From the NCBI GenBank assembly GCA_012295275.1, contig CM022665.1, positions 39,246,001 to 39,310,000 of the forward strand: a DNA stretch of 64,000 bases, given 5' to 3'. The notes under the pieces are model-generated. The model worked only from the letters and a program-made list of their open reading frames with translations, was not told the origin of the DNA and made no database searches. Below, one piece after another: positions 40,873-55,470 of the stretch (positions within the stretch are counted from its first letter, which is position 1; each line of letters begins with the position of its first letter). A program made the position numbers and the translations under genes. Source of the stretch: Chrysomallon squamiferum. Its lineage: Eukaryota; Animalia; Mollusca.

Positions 40873-42883
40873 TTGAGTTTGTTTTAACTTTATAATTATT
40901 GATATTAAAATAAAATTACTATAATATTTATACGATATTTCAAGAAACTATTCAAGGGAACTAACTGTTTAAGACCTTATTTTAAAACTCATCGCGTTTT
41001 CAAGTAAATTCAACTGCCTCTTAATTTTTTGTATACTTATTTATCTCATACAGACAATTTGTAAATTTATTACCTTGAGCTGAAGTAGATTTCATTCGCT
41101 TTGACGTCGTTAATTAAAAATTACAGAATGTATATAACTCAATATACATTACACTGTTTTATTACATACATTTTTCATTTATTAAGTTATTATAATTACA
41201 GTGTGTGTAATAATCTAAGGCAGAGCTTTCCAATCATTTCCCTACCAAGGACCAAGTTTATTTGAATGAATTTTCCCACGAACGTTTGAAACGTCTGTCT
41301 ACTCAGCAAGTATGTTGTAATTAACTGACAACAAATTGTCTTCCCAGTTTTGTTTCTCCGTTCAAAGACGTATGAAACTCAATTAAAGACAAGTGAAATG
41401 TAAATACATTTTTATTATCACCCTAATGTGTGTAGTTAAACAGCTGCTCTAAAGATTTGTTGAGTTCTATCATTAGAAAAGCAAGGCCAGCGGTTTATTT
41501 ATTTCTTTGTTTTGCTTTAAAAGAAGACCTGATTGTTTACTGTAATTATAGTTTTATAACTTAAGGTCGTATTTAAGTTAAATGACGCTTTCTTTGACCT
41601 ATAGACGTTATTACTTGTTTTTTTTTTTTAAATCACAGTTTTGGAGAACGTTTGACTTCGTGTTAATGTGATAACAGTTCTGTAAAGTCAATAACATAGT
41701 AAAAGGGTACTAGCAGGTAGTTTGTTGTATGCAAATACAGATGTAACAATTATAACGATGTTTTATTTTACTTGGTCGCGATCTTGTTAGGTTTGGCTAA
41801 TCTTCTCACTACATGATGTGAATGTAGAACGTGGGTTGCTCTGCAGTATTATCTGTCAGTCCAGAGCTTCTTAAACAGATGAAATGTTGACAGAAAGGTG
41901 AATGAAGTTGTTGTTTTCTGTGGGGGGTAATGAATCTGGATGTGTGAATAAAGGGTGAATACAAGAGGAAGGGTGGCTGACTTAATTAACTGAGATTATT
42001 CATATTATGCTTTGCTTACAAAGCCTTTCCTATTAAAGTGAGCGGCAAGAAATCGAAACCGTTAAGTCTTTTCTCTCAACATTGTTGTTTTCTAATTACG
42101 TATATATTTATATACAAGGGAAAATAAGACGAAAGTTAGAGAAACCCAAAGTAAATGGCATTTTGCATTAAAGTGTAAGTAAAACGGTTTAAAAAGCCTA
42201 GTGTTAGACATATAGGCAGTGGCGTGTCTACATTTTTGTGGCTCTGAAGCTTCAACTGTTTTGGGGTCTCTTCGCAAGCAATAACGAGATCTGTTGACTA
42301 CTTTTATATACTTCTGTGATAAGGTGTTCGTGACATGTTTTAAAAATGCAGATTTTGTTTCAAATTTTGAAGTCATGTGGACTAAAGTGTCTTCTAGAGG
42401 ATTTCCCGGATTAGGGCTGCTGAAGCTTAACGCTTCGATAGTTTTATAACCGTGATTATTCCCACTATGATAGTTTCATAACAGATCCGCGCCTGGGTAT
42501 CAGTGACTTTGATCGTCTTCACCGTGTATACTCATTCTTATTCATTATTATAAACTCGAGATGATGTTCCAGTTTTTAAAATACATAAATGGAATAAAAG
42601 CAATACATCGTAGAAACATATGTGAAAAATGTTTAAATTACAATCAAAACGATTATATATTTGAGAACTGTTTATTCAGACTAATTTCTCTTTCATTACA
42701 TCTTCTATCATCTTTTTTATTTCTTCCAGATTTCAGTCGATCATCTACAATAAAAGGAGGAAAATAAGTTTTATTTACAATTCTAAATGACTTTTTTTAT
42801 ATAAACTACGTGTTCATCGGCATCGTTGTCGTTGCTGTTCTGTCGTCGTTTCAGTAAATGGATAATTAAAGCGTACTTACATT

Positions 42884-44075
42884 TTAAAAACTATTTAAAT
42901 TTTTCATCATCTTCTGAAACTCTTTCACCGTAACTTCATTGTCACCTGAAATATTTACACTTACAATTAAAACACAAATTCGTTTTTAAAACCTTTATTA
43001 TGTATATATTTCAAACATTAACAGTTATAACGTGTTGACACTACCATCAAACTATATTCTGTTCATGACATATCAAACCTTTGCCACAACTCCATAAGCT
43101 AGTTTTATGAATTTACAGCAAGCTTTCTTCGTGTATGTTATTCCTTCCCATAGTCAGAAAAACACATATTACCATCTTTGATAATAAATAGGTAACTAGT
43201 TACAGCAAAAAATAAACCACTGAAGTATAGACTATTGATCCTGTAACCAAACACACATCGAGTCACTGCTCAATCATTGAGTTACTATCCTATCCTATCG
43301 CTATATATATTTATATATATATTATTTTTTTTCAGCTTACGTCATTATTATTTTATTTATCTATCACTGAATTACAGGCATATGCCAATCCTAATTTTTT
43401 TTTTCTTATCATTTTTCAGGAAAAGAAATTTAAAATATACTTATAGATTTGAAAATCGAGTACAAGAATTTAATAACAATAATAGTAGTAGAAGCAACAA
43501 TAGCTAAAAAATGAACAACAGTATAGCAACAATAATAATAATATTGTTATTATTATTATTGTTGTTGTTGTTGTTGTTAGTCTTATTATTATAATTATGT
43601 TTATATTAATGTTTAAAATTATGTTGATGATGATAGTAATAAAAACGATGACGAAAGAGCGTACCATCTTCATCAGCAACGGCAAGAATATCCTGCGTAT
43701 CTCTGCTGTCAACTAGATTCTCTACCTCGGTTTCGTCTATCACGCCGTCCATGTTGGCATCAAAATCAGCGGCATCTGCAGCAGTTAATTTAATTCTTAT
43801 TAAACCTTTACAGTGAACATTCACGTGCTGAAAATAGTTATTGAGTACTCTTCGCTTGAAAATAACATTTTAAATAAGTTAGTTGCTCTTCTGGAGCTGT
43901 TCGTGTTGTTATTGCTGTTACTGTAGTTAATGTTGTTGTTACTTTAGTGTTTGATATTGATAATGACGTTGCTGCAGCTGTAATTTCTTTCAGTTACAAT
44001 ATTATTGTCTTCACAAGGTTCTAATTTGTTTTTTGGTTATCTTATTATTAAATTTTCAGTTCTGTAAAGATTATG

Positions 44076-44108
<33 letters not shown>

Positions 44109-44347
44109 GTTATTGTTATTATTATTTTCTCGTGTATTTATTTACCACAAAAGCAAGTCACTAAAATGTTGTTACCTCTTTTCCCAGCAGCCAGGGCGGC
44201 TCCTGCGACTTTGGCAACCGCCACGCTTACTGCTACTCTCTTAGCTACTTCACCTACACGTCGAAAAAAACGTCGTCCACGCCAACTACCCGCAGACAGG
44301 GTGACCGCAGCAACCAACAACAACAACAACAACAAAGTAGACTTCAT
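42884..44347 (-). CDS. Copy 2: cationic peptide + EF-hand precursor, 114 aa
   Basis: Exons 44347-44176, 43775-43665, 42945-42884; peptide SWRGRRFFRRVGEVAKRVAVSVAVAKVAGAALAA-GKR; C-terminus MMKNLNSF*; splice sites intact. Confidence 0.9.
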
Positions 44348-44997
44348 CTAAAGAAAATAATAGAATGCTGTCATCAGTAATGTTTGAATACTTATTTGTT
44401 TAACAACATATTTTAATATTAACTGATATTAGAAGACAATTATTTGAGTTTTATACATTGATTTTACTAGAGATAAAACCCGCTGTTACTTCTCCATTTT
44501 CTACTCACATATATTATTAATAAATGTTTTTTAAAAAAGCCATTGTCCATCATAAATAAATCAGTAGTGGGCACTGGCTGAAACGGGAAATAGGCCAGAG
44601 AACAGGTTTGATCTTTCACCAGTAGATGTGACAGACGAAACTCGCAGTTGCTTTCCTGATAGCCATTCTGATCCATCAGCAGATACCTTCCTTTTTACTT
44701 GTTTCTTTGATGAAACCAATCGTGAAATAATGGCACACAGAGGAAAATCGATCCTCCAACATATTTTTCTTAGACGTTCACAAAAATTCATACTCATAGA
44801 CCATCTCATCATACTATTGCTACTGGAGTTACTACTACAACTAGGACTACTACTAATATGATTACTATTACTACAACTACAACTACTATTACTATAATAC
44901 AACAACTACTGCTACTAATACGATTACTACTACTACTACTACTACTAGGATTACTATTTCTATTACTTCTACCATTAATAATAGTAATAAAATAATA

Positions 44998-45073
<76 letters not shown>

Positions 45074-45193
45074 GACAATAGCAACAATAACAATAATAAT
45101 AAATAATAATAAGACAATAGCAACAACAACAGTTAAAACAAAATTAAATAAATAACTAAATCTAAATAAATAAATACAAATTTCAATACTTAC

Positions 45194-45249
45194 TTTGTAG
45201 CGTTCAGAATCAGTTTGTCTGAAATGGTCAGATTAAGCCTCTTTTTATG
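45194..45249 (-). promoter_or_regulatory. Core promoter and non-coding exon 1 of copy 2
   Basis: CATAAAAA 45249-45242, initiator-like A+1 45220, donor GTAAGT after 45194. Confidence 0.65.
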
Positions 45250-45775
45250 TGCTGTCGAACAGGATTTGAAAACCTACACCCACATCCTTATCTACAGTTA
45301 TCATCAGTCAAATTGAAAATTCACATTAATTCATATCATATTATGTGAGAACATTAATTAACATCATTTCTAAAAGTCATTAATTAAGGGCTGTTTTGTT
45401 CATTAATAATGCCTCCTGTGTTTAAAAGACGTAAAAAAACAAAAAAAACAGGTGTGTTTAATGGATTTTAGCCAAACAGTCGCTTTAATTTCTGAAACTG
45501 CTGATATTTTAAAATTAGGTACAAAATGTGTTTGTAAACTTTTAGAATCGTAACACGATTTGTATATATAATGACCATGACCATGTTGAAAATTAGGCAA
45601 TAAATATATTTTAAAATTAAAAATTTATTTTCTCTTATCCTTTTCACAGATCGATTCTATCATGCATTGATAAGATGTCATAAAAATTTACAACTGAACA
45701 GTATGTGTTTGCGAATGATTGAAAATGTAACGAAAATGATTTTATCACCCACAAATATATATATATATATATATA

Positions 45776-45866
<91 letters not shown>

Positions 45867-46456
45867 GACGGATTTCTTCGTAGCTATAAAGCTGCATTCT
45901 CGTAAAACTTTGGACAGCGCAGATGTTGGTTTTTCAGTTGTCGTCTGCTGTTTAGATTGAAGTAAACAAGATGGCTGAAATTCGACATTTTCGTAGAACT
46001 AGAAAACTTGTTGCATGTTTCACTTACTAAGATTCACGACGTGGTGTTTAGTGAGTTTGTAAATGTCATAGCTGTCCACGTCTGCATTTTAGCACGTCTT
46101 GAGGTAAGACTGAAAAGAAACCAGTGAGCAGAGTGTAATTGGTTTCGAGTATTGTGTTGATTTCTTTAAAGTTTGTTAGTTCAGTCAAACACTGAAATAG
46201 AGACCGAGAAAAAGAATTGGACTTCGTGGTTAGGAGAAAAAAAGAAGAAGAAGAAGGGAGACACATTAATTTATTAATATAATTGTGTTTATCATATCTA
46301 CAGGAATACATATCTTCCGTTTTATTCATGCTGATGAATATTTATTTTGTTCTATCATTACCAACTGAAGTTTGGATATAAACTGTAATGCGTAATGAAC
46401 AAATATTTAGTGGCGTTTTTAACACGGAATGTGTAATTTCAAAGCTTATTTTATTT

Positions 46457-46488
<32 letters not shown>

Positions 46489-46544
46489 TTTTTAAAATAA
46501 TTATTGTTCTTCTTCTTATTATTATTACTATTGTTATTATTATA

Positions 46545-46598
<54 letters not shown>

Positions 46599-48860
46599 TT
46601 TTTTTTTAGTTTGTTTTAACTTTATAATTTTTCATATTAAGTGTTTTCCATTCCTTATTAGATGAACTCGGCCATGCAGAATAATTATCCTGAAATACTA
46701 TCATAAAACAGTCCGAATCGGTAGATTTCTTTTTAAAAATAGACAACCTTTACAAACACACACAGCATAACAAAATAAAGCAGATAAGATATAGATTATA
46801 TTATATAGCCTAAGTATTATTTTTGAAAGGTCCCATAAATGTATCTGAATAAATATGTTAAAAAAATAGAATGAAATACTAATATATGGGTAATATATGA
46901 AGTAGTGACATTTAAAACAAAATTACTGTAATATGTATACGCTATTTCAAGAAACTATTCAAGGGAACTAACTCTTTTAGACCTTCTATTATACCTCGTC
47001 GCGTTTTTCAAGTATCTTCAACTGCCTCTTTATTTTTTGTATACTTATTTATCTCATACAGACAACTTGTAAATTTATTACCTTGAGCTGAACTAGATTT
47101 CATTCGCTTTGACGTCGTTAATTAAAAATTACAGAATGTATATAACTCAATATACATTACACTGTTTTATTACATACATTTTTCATTTATTAAGTTATTA
47201 TAATTACAGTGTGTGTAATAATCTAAGGCAGAGCTTTCCAATCATTTCCCTACCAAGGACCAAGTTTATTTGAATGAATTTTCCCACGAACTTTTGAAAC
47301 GTCTGTCTAACAACAGACTTGTCTTCTCAGTTTTGTTTCTCCTTTCAAAGACGTATGAAACTCAATATGCAATTAAAGACAAGTGAAATGTAAAAACATT
47401 TTTATTATCACCCTAATGTGTGTAGTTAAACAGCTGCTCTAAAGATTTGTTGAGTTCTATCATTAGAAAAGCAAGGCCAGCGGTTTATTTATTTCTTTGT
47501 TTTGCTTTAAAAGAAGAACTGATTGTTTACTGTAATTATAGTTTATAACTTAAAGTCGTATTTAAGTTAAATGACGCTTTCTTTGACCTATAGACGTTAT
47601 TACTTCTTTTGTTTTTTTAAATCACAGTATTGGAGAATGTTTGACTTCGTGTTAATGTAAAAACAGTTCTGTAAAGTCAATGACGTAGTAAAAGGGTACT
47701 AGCAGGTCGTTTGTTGTATGCAAATACAGACGTAACAATTATAACGATGTTTTATTTTACTTGGTCGCGATGTTGTTAGGTTTGGCTAATCTTCTCACTA
47801 CATGATGTGAATGTAGAACGTGGGTTGCTCTGCAGTATTATCTGTCAGTCCAGAGCTTCTTAAACTGATGAAATGTTGACAGAAAGGTGAATGAAGTTGT
47901 TGTTTTCTGTGGGGGGTAATGAATATGGATGGGTGAATAAAGGGTGAATACAAGAGGAAGTGTGACTGACTTAATTAACTGAGATTATTCATATTAGTGT
48001 TTGCTTACAAAGCCTTTGCTATTAGAGTGAGTGGCAAGCAATGGAAACCGTTAAGTCTTTTCTCTCAATATTGTTGTTTTCTTATTACGTATATATTTAC
48101 ATACAAGGGAAAATAAGACGAAAGTTACAAAAACTCTAAGTAAAGGGGAAGTGAAATGGTTTAAAAAGCCTAGTGTTAGACAAATCGGCAGAGGCAGTGC
48201 CTACATTTTCGTGGCCCTGAAGCTTCAACTGTTTTGGGGTCTCTTCGCAAGCAGTAACGAGATCTGTTGACTACTTTTATATACTTCTGTGATAAGGTGT
48301 TCGTGACATGTTTTAAAAATGCAGATTTTGTTTCAAATTTTGAAGTCATGTGGACTAAAGTGTCTTCTAGAGGATTTCCCGGATTAGGGCTGCTGAAGCT
48401 TAACGCTTCGATAGTTTTATAACCGTGATTATTCCCACTATGATAGTTTCATAACAGATCCGCGCCTGGGTATCAGTGACTTTAATCGTCTTCACCGTGT
48501 ATACTAATTCTTATTCATTATTATAAACTCGAGATGATGTTCCAGTTTTTAAAATAAATAAATGGAATAAAAGCAGTACATCGTAGAAACATAGGTGAAA
48601 AATGTTTAAATTACAATCAAGACGGTTGTGTATTTGAGAACTATTTATTCAGACTAATTTCTCTTTCATTACATCTTCTATTATGCTTTTTTATTTCTTC
48701 CAGATTTCAGTCGATTATCTACAATAAAAGGAGGAAAATAAGTTTTATTTACAATTCTAAATAACTTTTTTTTTTTTATAAACTACGTTTTCATCGACAT
48801 CGTTGTCGTTACTGTTCTGTGGTCGTTTCAGTAAATGGATAATTAAAGCGTACTTACATT

Positions 48861-50098
48861 TTAAAAACTATTTAAATTTTTCATCATCTTCTGAAACTCT
48901 TTCACCGTAACTTCATTGTCACCTGAAATATTTACACTTAAAATTAAAACACAAATTCGATTTTAATTTATATTGGTTTGTCTTTATGTTTTCAGTGATA
49001 AGATATATAATGAAACTTGAAAACCTTTATTATATATATATTTCAAACATTAACAGTTGTAACGTGTTGAACAATAATTTGACACTGCCATCAAACTATA
49101 TTCTGTTCATCACATATCAAACCTTTGCCACAACTCCATAAGCTAGTTTTATGAATTTACACCAAGCTTTCTTTATGTATGTTATTCCTTCCCATAGTCA
49201 GAAAAATACGTTATGATCATTGATAATAAATAGGTAATTAGTTAGAACAAAAAATGAATCACTGCAGTATAGACCATTGATCCTGTAACCAAATACACAT
49301 CGGGTCACTGCTCAATCATTGAGTTACTATCCTATCCTATCGCTATATATTTTTTTTTTTTTTATATTGCCTCGTCATTATTGTTTTATATTATTTTATT
49401 TTTTCACACGTCATTATTATTTTATTTATCTATCACTGAATTACAGGCATATGCCATCATTATTTTTATTTTCATTTTTCAGGAAAAGAAATTTAAAATA
49501 TATTTTAAATTTGAAAATCTATTTAATAACAATGAATAGTAGTAGAAGCAACAATAGCTAAAAAATGAACAACAGTATCAACTAAATGTTTCTATTATTA
49601 TTATTTTTAATTGTTTTTCATTTTAATTTATTACAAGATTATGTTGATGATTATAGTTGATGATGATAGTAATAAAAACGATGACGAAAGAGCGTACCAT
49701 CTTCATCAGCAACGTCAAGAATATCCTGCGTATCTCTGCTGTCAACTAGATTCTCTACCTCGGTTTCGTCTATCACGCCGTCCATGTTGGCATCAAAATC
49801 AGCGGCATCTGCAGCAGTTAATTTAATTCTTATTAAACCTTTACAGTGAACATTCACGTGCTGAAAATAGTTATTCAATACTCTTCGCTTGAAAATAACA
49901 TTTTAAATAAGTTAGTTGCTCTTCTGGAGCTGTTCGTGTTGTTATTGCTGTTACTGTAGTTAATGTTGTTGTTACTTTAGTGTTTGATATTGATAATGAC
50001 GTTGCTGCAGCTGTAATTTCTTTCAGTTACAATATTATTGTCTTCACAAGGTTTTTTTTTTTTTGTTATCTTATTATTAAATTTTCAGTTCTGTAAAG

Positions 50099-50158
<60 letters not shown>

Positions 50159-50376
50159 TTCTCGTGTATTTATTTACCACAAAAGCAAGTCACTAAAATG
50201 TTACCTCTTTTCCCAGCACCCGCAACGGCTCCTGCGACTTTGGCAATCGCCACGCTTACTGCTACTCTCTTAGCTGCTTCACCTACACGTCGAAAAAAAC
50301 GTCGTCCACGCCAACTACCCGCAGACAGGGTGACCGCAGCAACCAACAACAACAACAACAACAAAGTAGACTTCAT
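48861..50376 (-). CDS. Copy 3: cationic peptide + EF-hand precursor, 114 aa
   Basis: Exons 50376-50205, 49808-49698, 48922-48861; peptide SWRGRRFFRRVGEAAKRVAVSVAIAKVAGAVAGA-GKR; A>D change in ILDVADEDG; C-terminus MMKNLNSF*. Confidence 0.9.
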
Positions 50377-51140
50377 CTAAAGAAAATAATAGAATGTTGT
50401 CATCAGTAATGTTTGAATACTTATTTGTTTAACAACATATTTTAATATTAACTGATATTAGAAGACAATTATTTGAGTTTTATACATTGATTTTAAGAGA
50501 GATAAAACCCGCTGTTATTGCTCCATTTTCTACTCACATATATTAAAATAAATTTTGAAAAAAAAGGACCGCAAAAAAAAAAGCCATTGTCCATCATAAA
50601 TAAATCAGTAGTGGGCACTGGCTGAAACGGGAAATAGGCCAGAGAACGGGTTTGATCTTTCACCAGTAGATGTGACAGACGAAACTCGCAGTTGCTTTCC
50701 TGATAGCCATTCTGATCCATCAGCAGATACCTTCCTTTTTACTTTTTCTTTGATGAAACCAATCATGAAATAATGGCACACAGAGGGAAATCGATCCTCC
50801 AACATATTTTCCTTAGACGTTCACAAAAATTCATACTCATAGACCATCTCATGATACTACTGCTACTGCAGCTACTACTACAACTACAACTAGGACTACT
50901 ACTAATATGATTACTACTACTACTACTATAATACAACAACAACTACTGCTACTAATACGATTACTACTACTACAACAGCAATAACAACTACTACTATTAC
51001 GAATACATTTTCTACTACTTCTACCATTAATAATAGTAATAAAATAACAATAATAATAAGATAATAGCAACAACAACAGTTGAAACACAATTAAATAAAG
51101 AACTAAATCTAAATAAATAAATACAAATGTCAATACTTAC

Positions 51141-51196
51141 TTTGTAGCGTTCAGAATCAGATTGTCTGAAATGGTCAGATTAAGCCTCTTTTTATG
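51141..51196 (-). promoter_or_regulatory. Core promoter and non-coding exon 1 of copy 3
   Basis: CATAAAAA 51196-51189, A+1 51167, donor GTAAGT after 51141. Confidence 0.65.
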
Positions 51197-53118
51197 TGCT
51201 GTCGAACAGGATTTGAAAACCTACACCCACATCCTTATCTACAGTTATCATCAGTCAAATTGAAAATTCACATTAATTCATATCATATTATGTGAGAACA
51301 TTAATTAACATCATTTCTAAAAGTCATTAATTAAGGGCGGTTTTGTTCATTAATTATGTCTCCTGTGTTTAAAAGACGTAAAAAAAATAAAAAGGTGTGT
51401 GTAATGGATTTTAGCCAAACAGTCGCTTTAATTTCTGAAACTGCTAACGTTTTCGACAATATTGGTACTGTAACTACCATGACTACGCCACGAATACGTC
51501 TTTTGCTACTACAACCAAAAATAACACAAAAAAACGACTTCTTCTGTTCCATCAAAAAGATGCAAAATAAACAAAAAAAGAAAAATCATACAAAAGCAAA
51601 AAAAAAAAAAAAAAAAACCTAAAAAGTTCAAACTAAACTAAACTAAAAAAAGTAATAATAATAAAAATAAAGAATAAAATTAATAATTAAACAATAAGAA
51701 CAATAACACACAACAACAACAACAACTGCGATATATATAATATTAATAATAATAACAATAACAATAACAATAACAATAACGACCTCACTCTCTTCCTCTT
51801 AACACTCAAAAAACCACCAAAAAACAAAAATATGAACATAGAAAACAACACTATAATATAATACAATATAATATAATATAATATAATATACTTGTTAAAT
51901 GTGTGGGATATTTATTTTATTGTCTAGCCACTTCCAGATTTAGGTCATTCATTTGTCATTAACCACGCTGGTGATAGAGAATGTACGACAGCATACGTCA
52001 AAATATGTTAACAGGTCTTCAAATTTCAAAGTTTTAACTGTTAATTGATTATATATATATACATAAATACATATACCCTATACAGGGTCATTATAAAGTA
52101 CCTGTGTAATCTTATACTGTCATTATGGGATTTAAAATTAGGTAAAAAATGTGTTTGAAAACTTTTAGAATCGTAACACAATTTGTATATATAATGACCA
52201 TGACCATGTTGAAAATTAGGCAATAAATATATTTTAAAATTAAAAAATTATTTTCTCTTATCCTTTTCACAGATCGATTCTATCATGCATTGATAAGATG
52301 TCATAAAAATTTACAACTGAACAGTATGTGTTTGCGAATGATTGAAAATGTAACGAAAATGATTTTATCACCCACAAATATATATATATACATTATTGTT
52401 TTTATTATTATTATTATTATTATTATTGTTGTTGTTGTTGTTGTTGTTGTTGACGGATTTCTTCGTAGCTATAAAGCTGCATTCTCGTAAAACTTTGGAC
52501 AGCGCAGATGTTGGTTTTTCAGTTGTCGTCTGCTGTTTAGATTGAAGTAAACAAGATGGCTGAAATTCGATATTTTCGTAGAACTAGAAAACTTGTTGCA
52601 TGTTTCACTTACTAAGATTCACGACGTGGTGTTTAGGAGTTTCTAAATGACATAGCTGTCCACGTCTGCAGTTTTAGCACGTCGTGAGGTAAGACTGAAA
52701 AGAAACCAGTGAGCAGAGTGTAATTGGTTTCGAGTATTGCGTTGATTTCTTTAAAGTTTGTTAGTTCAGTCAAAAACTGAAATAGAGACCGAGAAAAAGA
52801 ACTGGACTTTGTGGTTATGACTGTGAAAAGAAGAAGAAGAAGGGAGACACATTAATTTATTAATATAATTATGTTTATCATATGTACAGGAATACATATC
52901 TTCCGTTTTATTCATGCTGATGAATATTTATTTTGTTCTATCATTACCAACTGAAGTTTGGATATAAACTGTAATGCGTAATGAACAAATATTTAGTGGC
53001 GTTTTTAACACGGAATGTGTAATTTCAAAGCTTATTTTATTTTTATTTATTTATTTATTTAATTTTTAAAATAATTATTGTTCTTCTTCTTATTATTATT
53101 ACCACTGTTATTATTATA

Positions 53119-53155
<37 letters not shown>

Positions 53156-53775
53156 GTTTGTTTTAACTTTATAATTATTAATATTAAGTGTTTTCCATTC
53201 CTTATTAGATGAACTCGGCCATGCGGAATAATTATCCTGAAATACTATCATAAAACAGTCCGAATCGGCAGATTTCTTTTTAAAAATAGACAACCTTTAC
53301 AAACACACACAACATAATAAAATAAAACAGATAAGATATAGATTATATTATATAGCCTAATTATTATTTTTGAAAAGTCCCATAAATGTATGTGAATAAA
53401 TATGTTAAAAAAATAGAATGAAATACTAATATATGGGTAATATATGAAGTAGTGACATTTAAAATAAAATTACTGTAATATTTATATGCTATTTCAAGAA
53501 ACTATCCAAGGGAACTAACTCTTTTAGACCTTCTATTATACCTCGTCGCGTTTTTCAAGTATCTTCAACTGCCTCTTTATTTTTTGTATACTTATTTATC
53601 TCATTCAGACAACTTGTAAATTTATTACCTTGAGCTGAAGTAGATTTCATTCGCTTTGACGTCGTTAATTAAAAATTACAGAATGTATATAACTCAATAT
53701 ACATTAAACTGTTTTATTACATACATTTTTCATTTATTAAGTTATTATAATTACAGTGTGTGTAATAATCTAAGG

Positions 53776-54030
53776 CAGAGCTTTCCAATGTTTTCCCTAC
53801 CAAAGACCAAGTTTATTTCAATGAATTTTCCCACGAACTTTTGAAACGTCTGTCTACTCAGCAAGTCTGTTGTATTTAACTGACAAGAAATTGTCTTCCC
53901 AGGTTTGTTTCTCCGTTCAAAGACGTATGAAACTCAATATGCAATTAAAACATTATAATAATGTAAAAACAAACATTTTATTTATCACCCTTTTGAACTT
54001 GGCTCAGCGGACCTTAGGGTGGAAAAGCTG
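53776..54030. mobile_element. Degenerate hAT-like MITE remnant (best preserved in this unit)
   Basis: Ends cagagctttcca ... ggaccttagggtggaaaagctg are imperfectly inverted and flanked by atctaagg / ctctaaag (6/8). The same left end occurs near 41221, 47229 and 59881, where the right end is altered. Confidence 0.35.
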
Positions 54031-55470
54031 CTCTAAAGATTTGTTGAGTTCTATCATTAGAAAAGCAAGGCCAGCGGTTTATTTATTTCTTTGTTTTGCT
54101 TTAAAAGAAGAACTGATTGTTTACTGTAATTATAGTTTATAACTTAAAGTCGTATTTAGGTTAAATGACGCTTTCTTTGACCTATAGAGGTTATTCCTTG
54201 TTTTTTTTTTTTAAATCACAGTTTTGGAGAACGTTTGACTTCGTGTTAATGTGATAACAGTTCTGTAAAGTCAATAACATAGTAAAAGGGTACTAGCAGG
54301 TCGTTTGTTGTATGCAAATACAGACGTAACAATTATAACGATATGTTTTATTTTAGTTGGTCGCGATCTTGTTAGGTTTGGCTAATCTTCTCACTACATG
54401 ATGTGAATGTAGAACGTGGGTTGCTCTGCAGTATTATCTGTCAGTCCAGAGCTTCTTAAACTGATGAAATGTTGACAGAAAGGTGAATGAAGTTGTTGTT
54501 TTCTTTGCGGGGTAATGAATCTGGATGTGTGAATAAAGTGTGAATACAAGAGGAAGGGTGACTGGCTTAATTAACTGAGATTATTCATATTATGCTTTGC
54601 TTACAAAGCCTTTCCTATTAAAGTGAGCGGCAAGAAATCGAAACCGTTAAGTCTTTTCTCTCAACATTGTTGTTTTCTAATTACGTATATATTTATATAC
54701 AAGGGAAAATAAGACGAAAGTTAGAGAAACCCAAAGTAAATGGCATTTTGCATTAAAGGGTAAGTGAAATGGTTTAAAAAGCCTAGTGTTAGACATATAG
54801 GCAGTGGCGTGTCTACATTTTTGTGGCCCTGAAGCTTCAACTGTTTTGGGGTCTCTTCGCAAGCAGTAACGAGATCTGTTGACTACTTTTATATACTTCT
54901 GTGATAAGGTGTTCGTGACATGTTTTAAAAATGCAGATTTTGTTTTAAATTTTGAAGTCATGTGGACTAAAGTGTCTTCTAGAGGATTTCCCGTATTAGG
55001 GCTGCTGAAGCTTAACGCTTCGATAGTTTTATAACCGTGATTATTCCCACTATGATAGTTTCATAACAGATCCGCGCCTGGGTATCAGTGACTTTGATCG
55101 TCTTCACCGTGTATACTCATTCTTATTCATTATTATAAACTCGAGATGATGTTCCAGTTTTTAAAATAAATAAATGGAATAAAAGCAGTACATCGAAGAA
55201 ACATAGTTGAAAAATGTTTAAATTACAATCAAGACGGCTGTGTATTTGAGAACTGTTTATTCAGACTAATTTCTCTTTCATTACATCTTCTATTATCTTT
55301 TTATTTCTTCCAGATTTCAGTCGATCATCTACAATAAAAGGAGGAAAATAAGTTTTATTTACAATTCTAAATGACTTTTTTTTTTTTATAAACTACGTTT
55401 TCATCGACATCGTTGTCGTTACTGTTCTGTCGTCGTTTCAGTAAATGGATAATTAAAGCGTACTTACATT

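Noticed and set aside
42092-42376. Repeated spacer ORF MTSKF(E/K)TKSAFLKH... (also 54677-54961, 60714-60944)
   Set aside because: Recurs only because the unit is duplicated; disrupted in the 48.1-kb copy, truncated in the last unit and interrupted by the MITE in the first; no recognisable domain.
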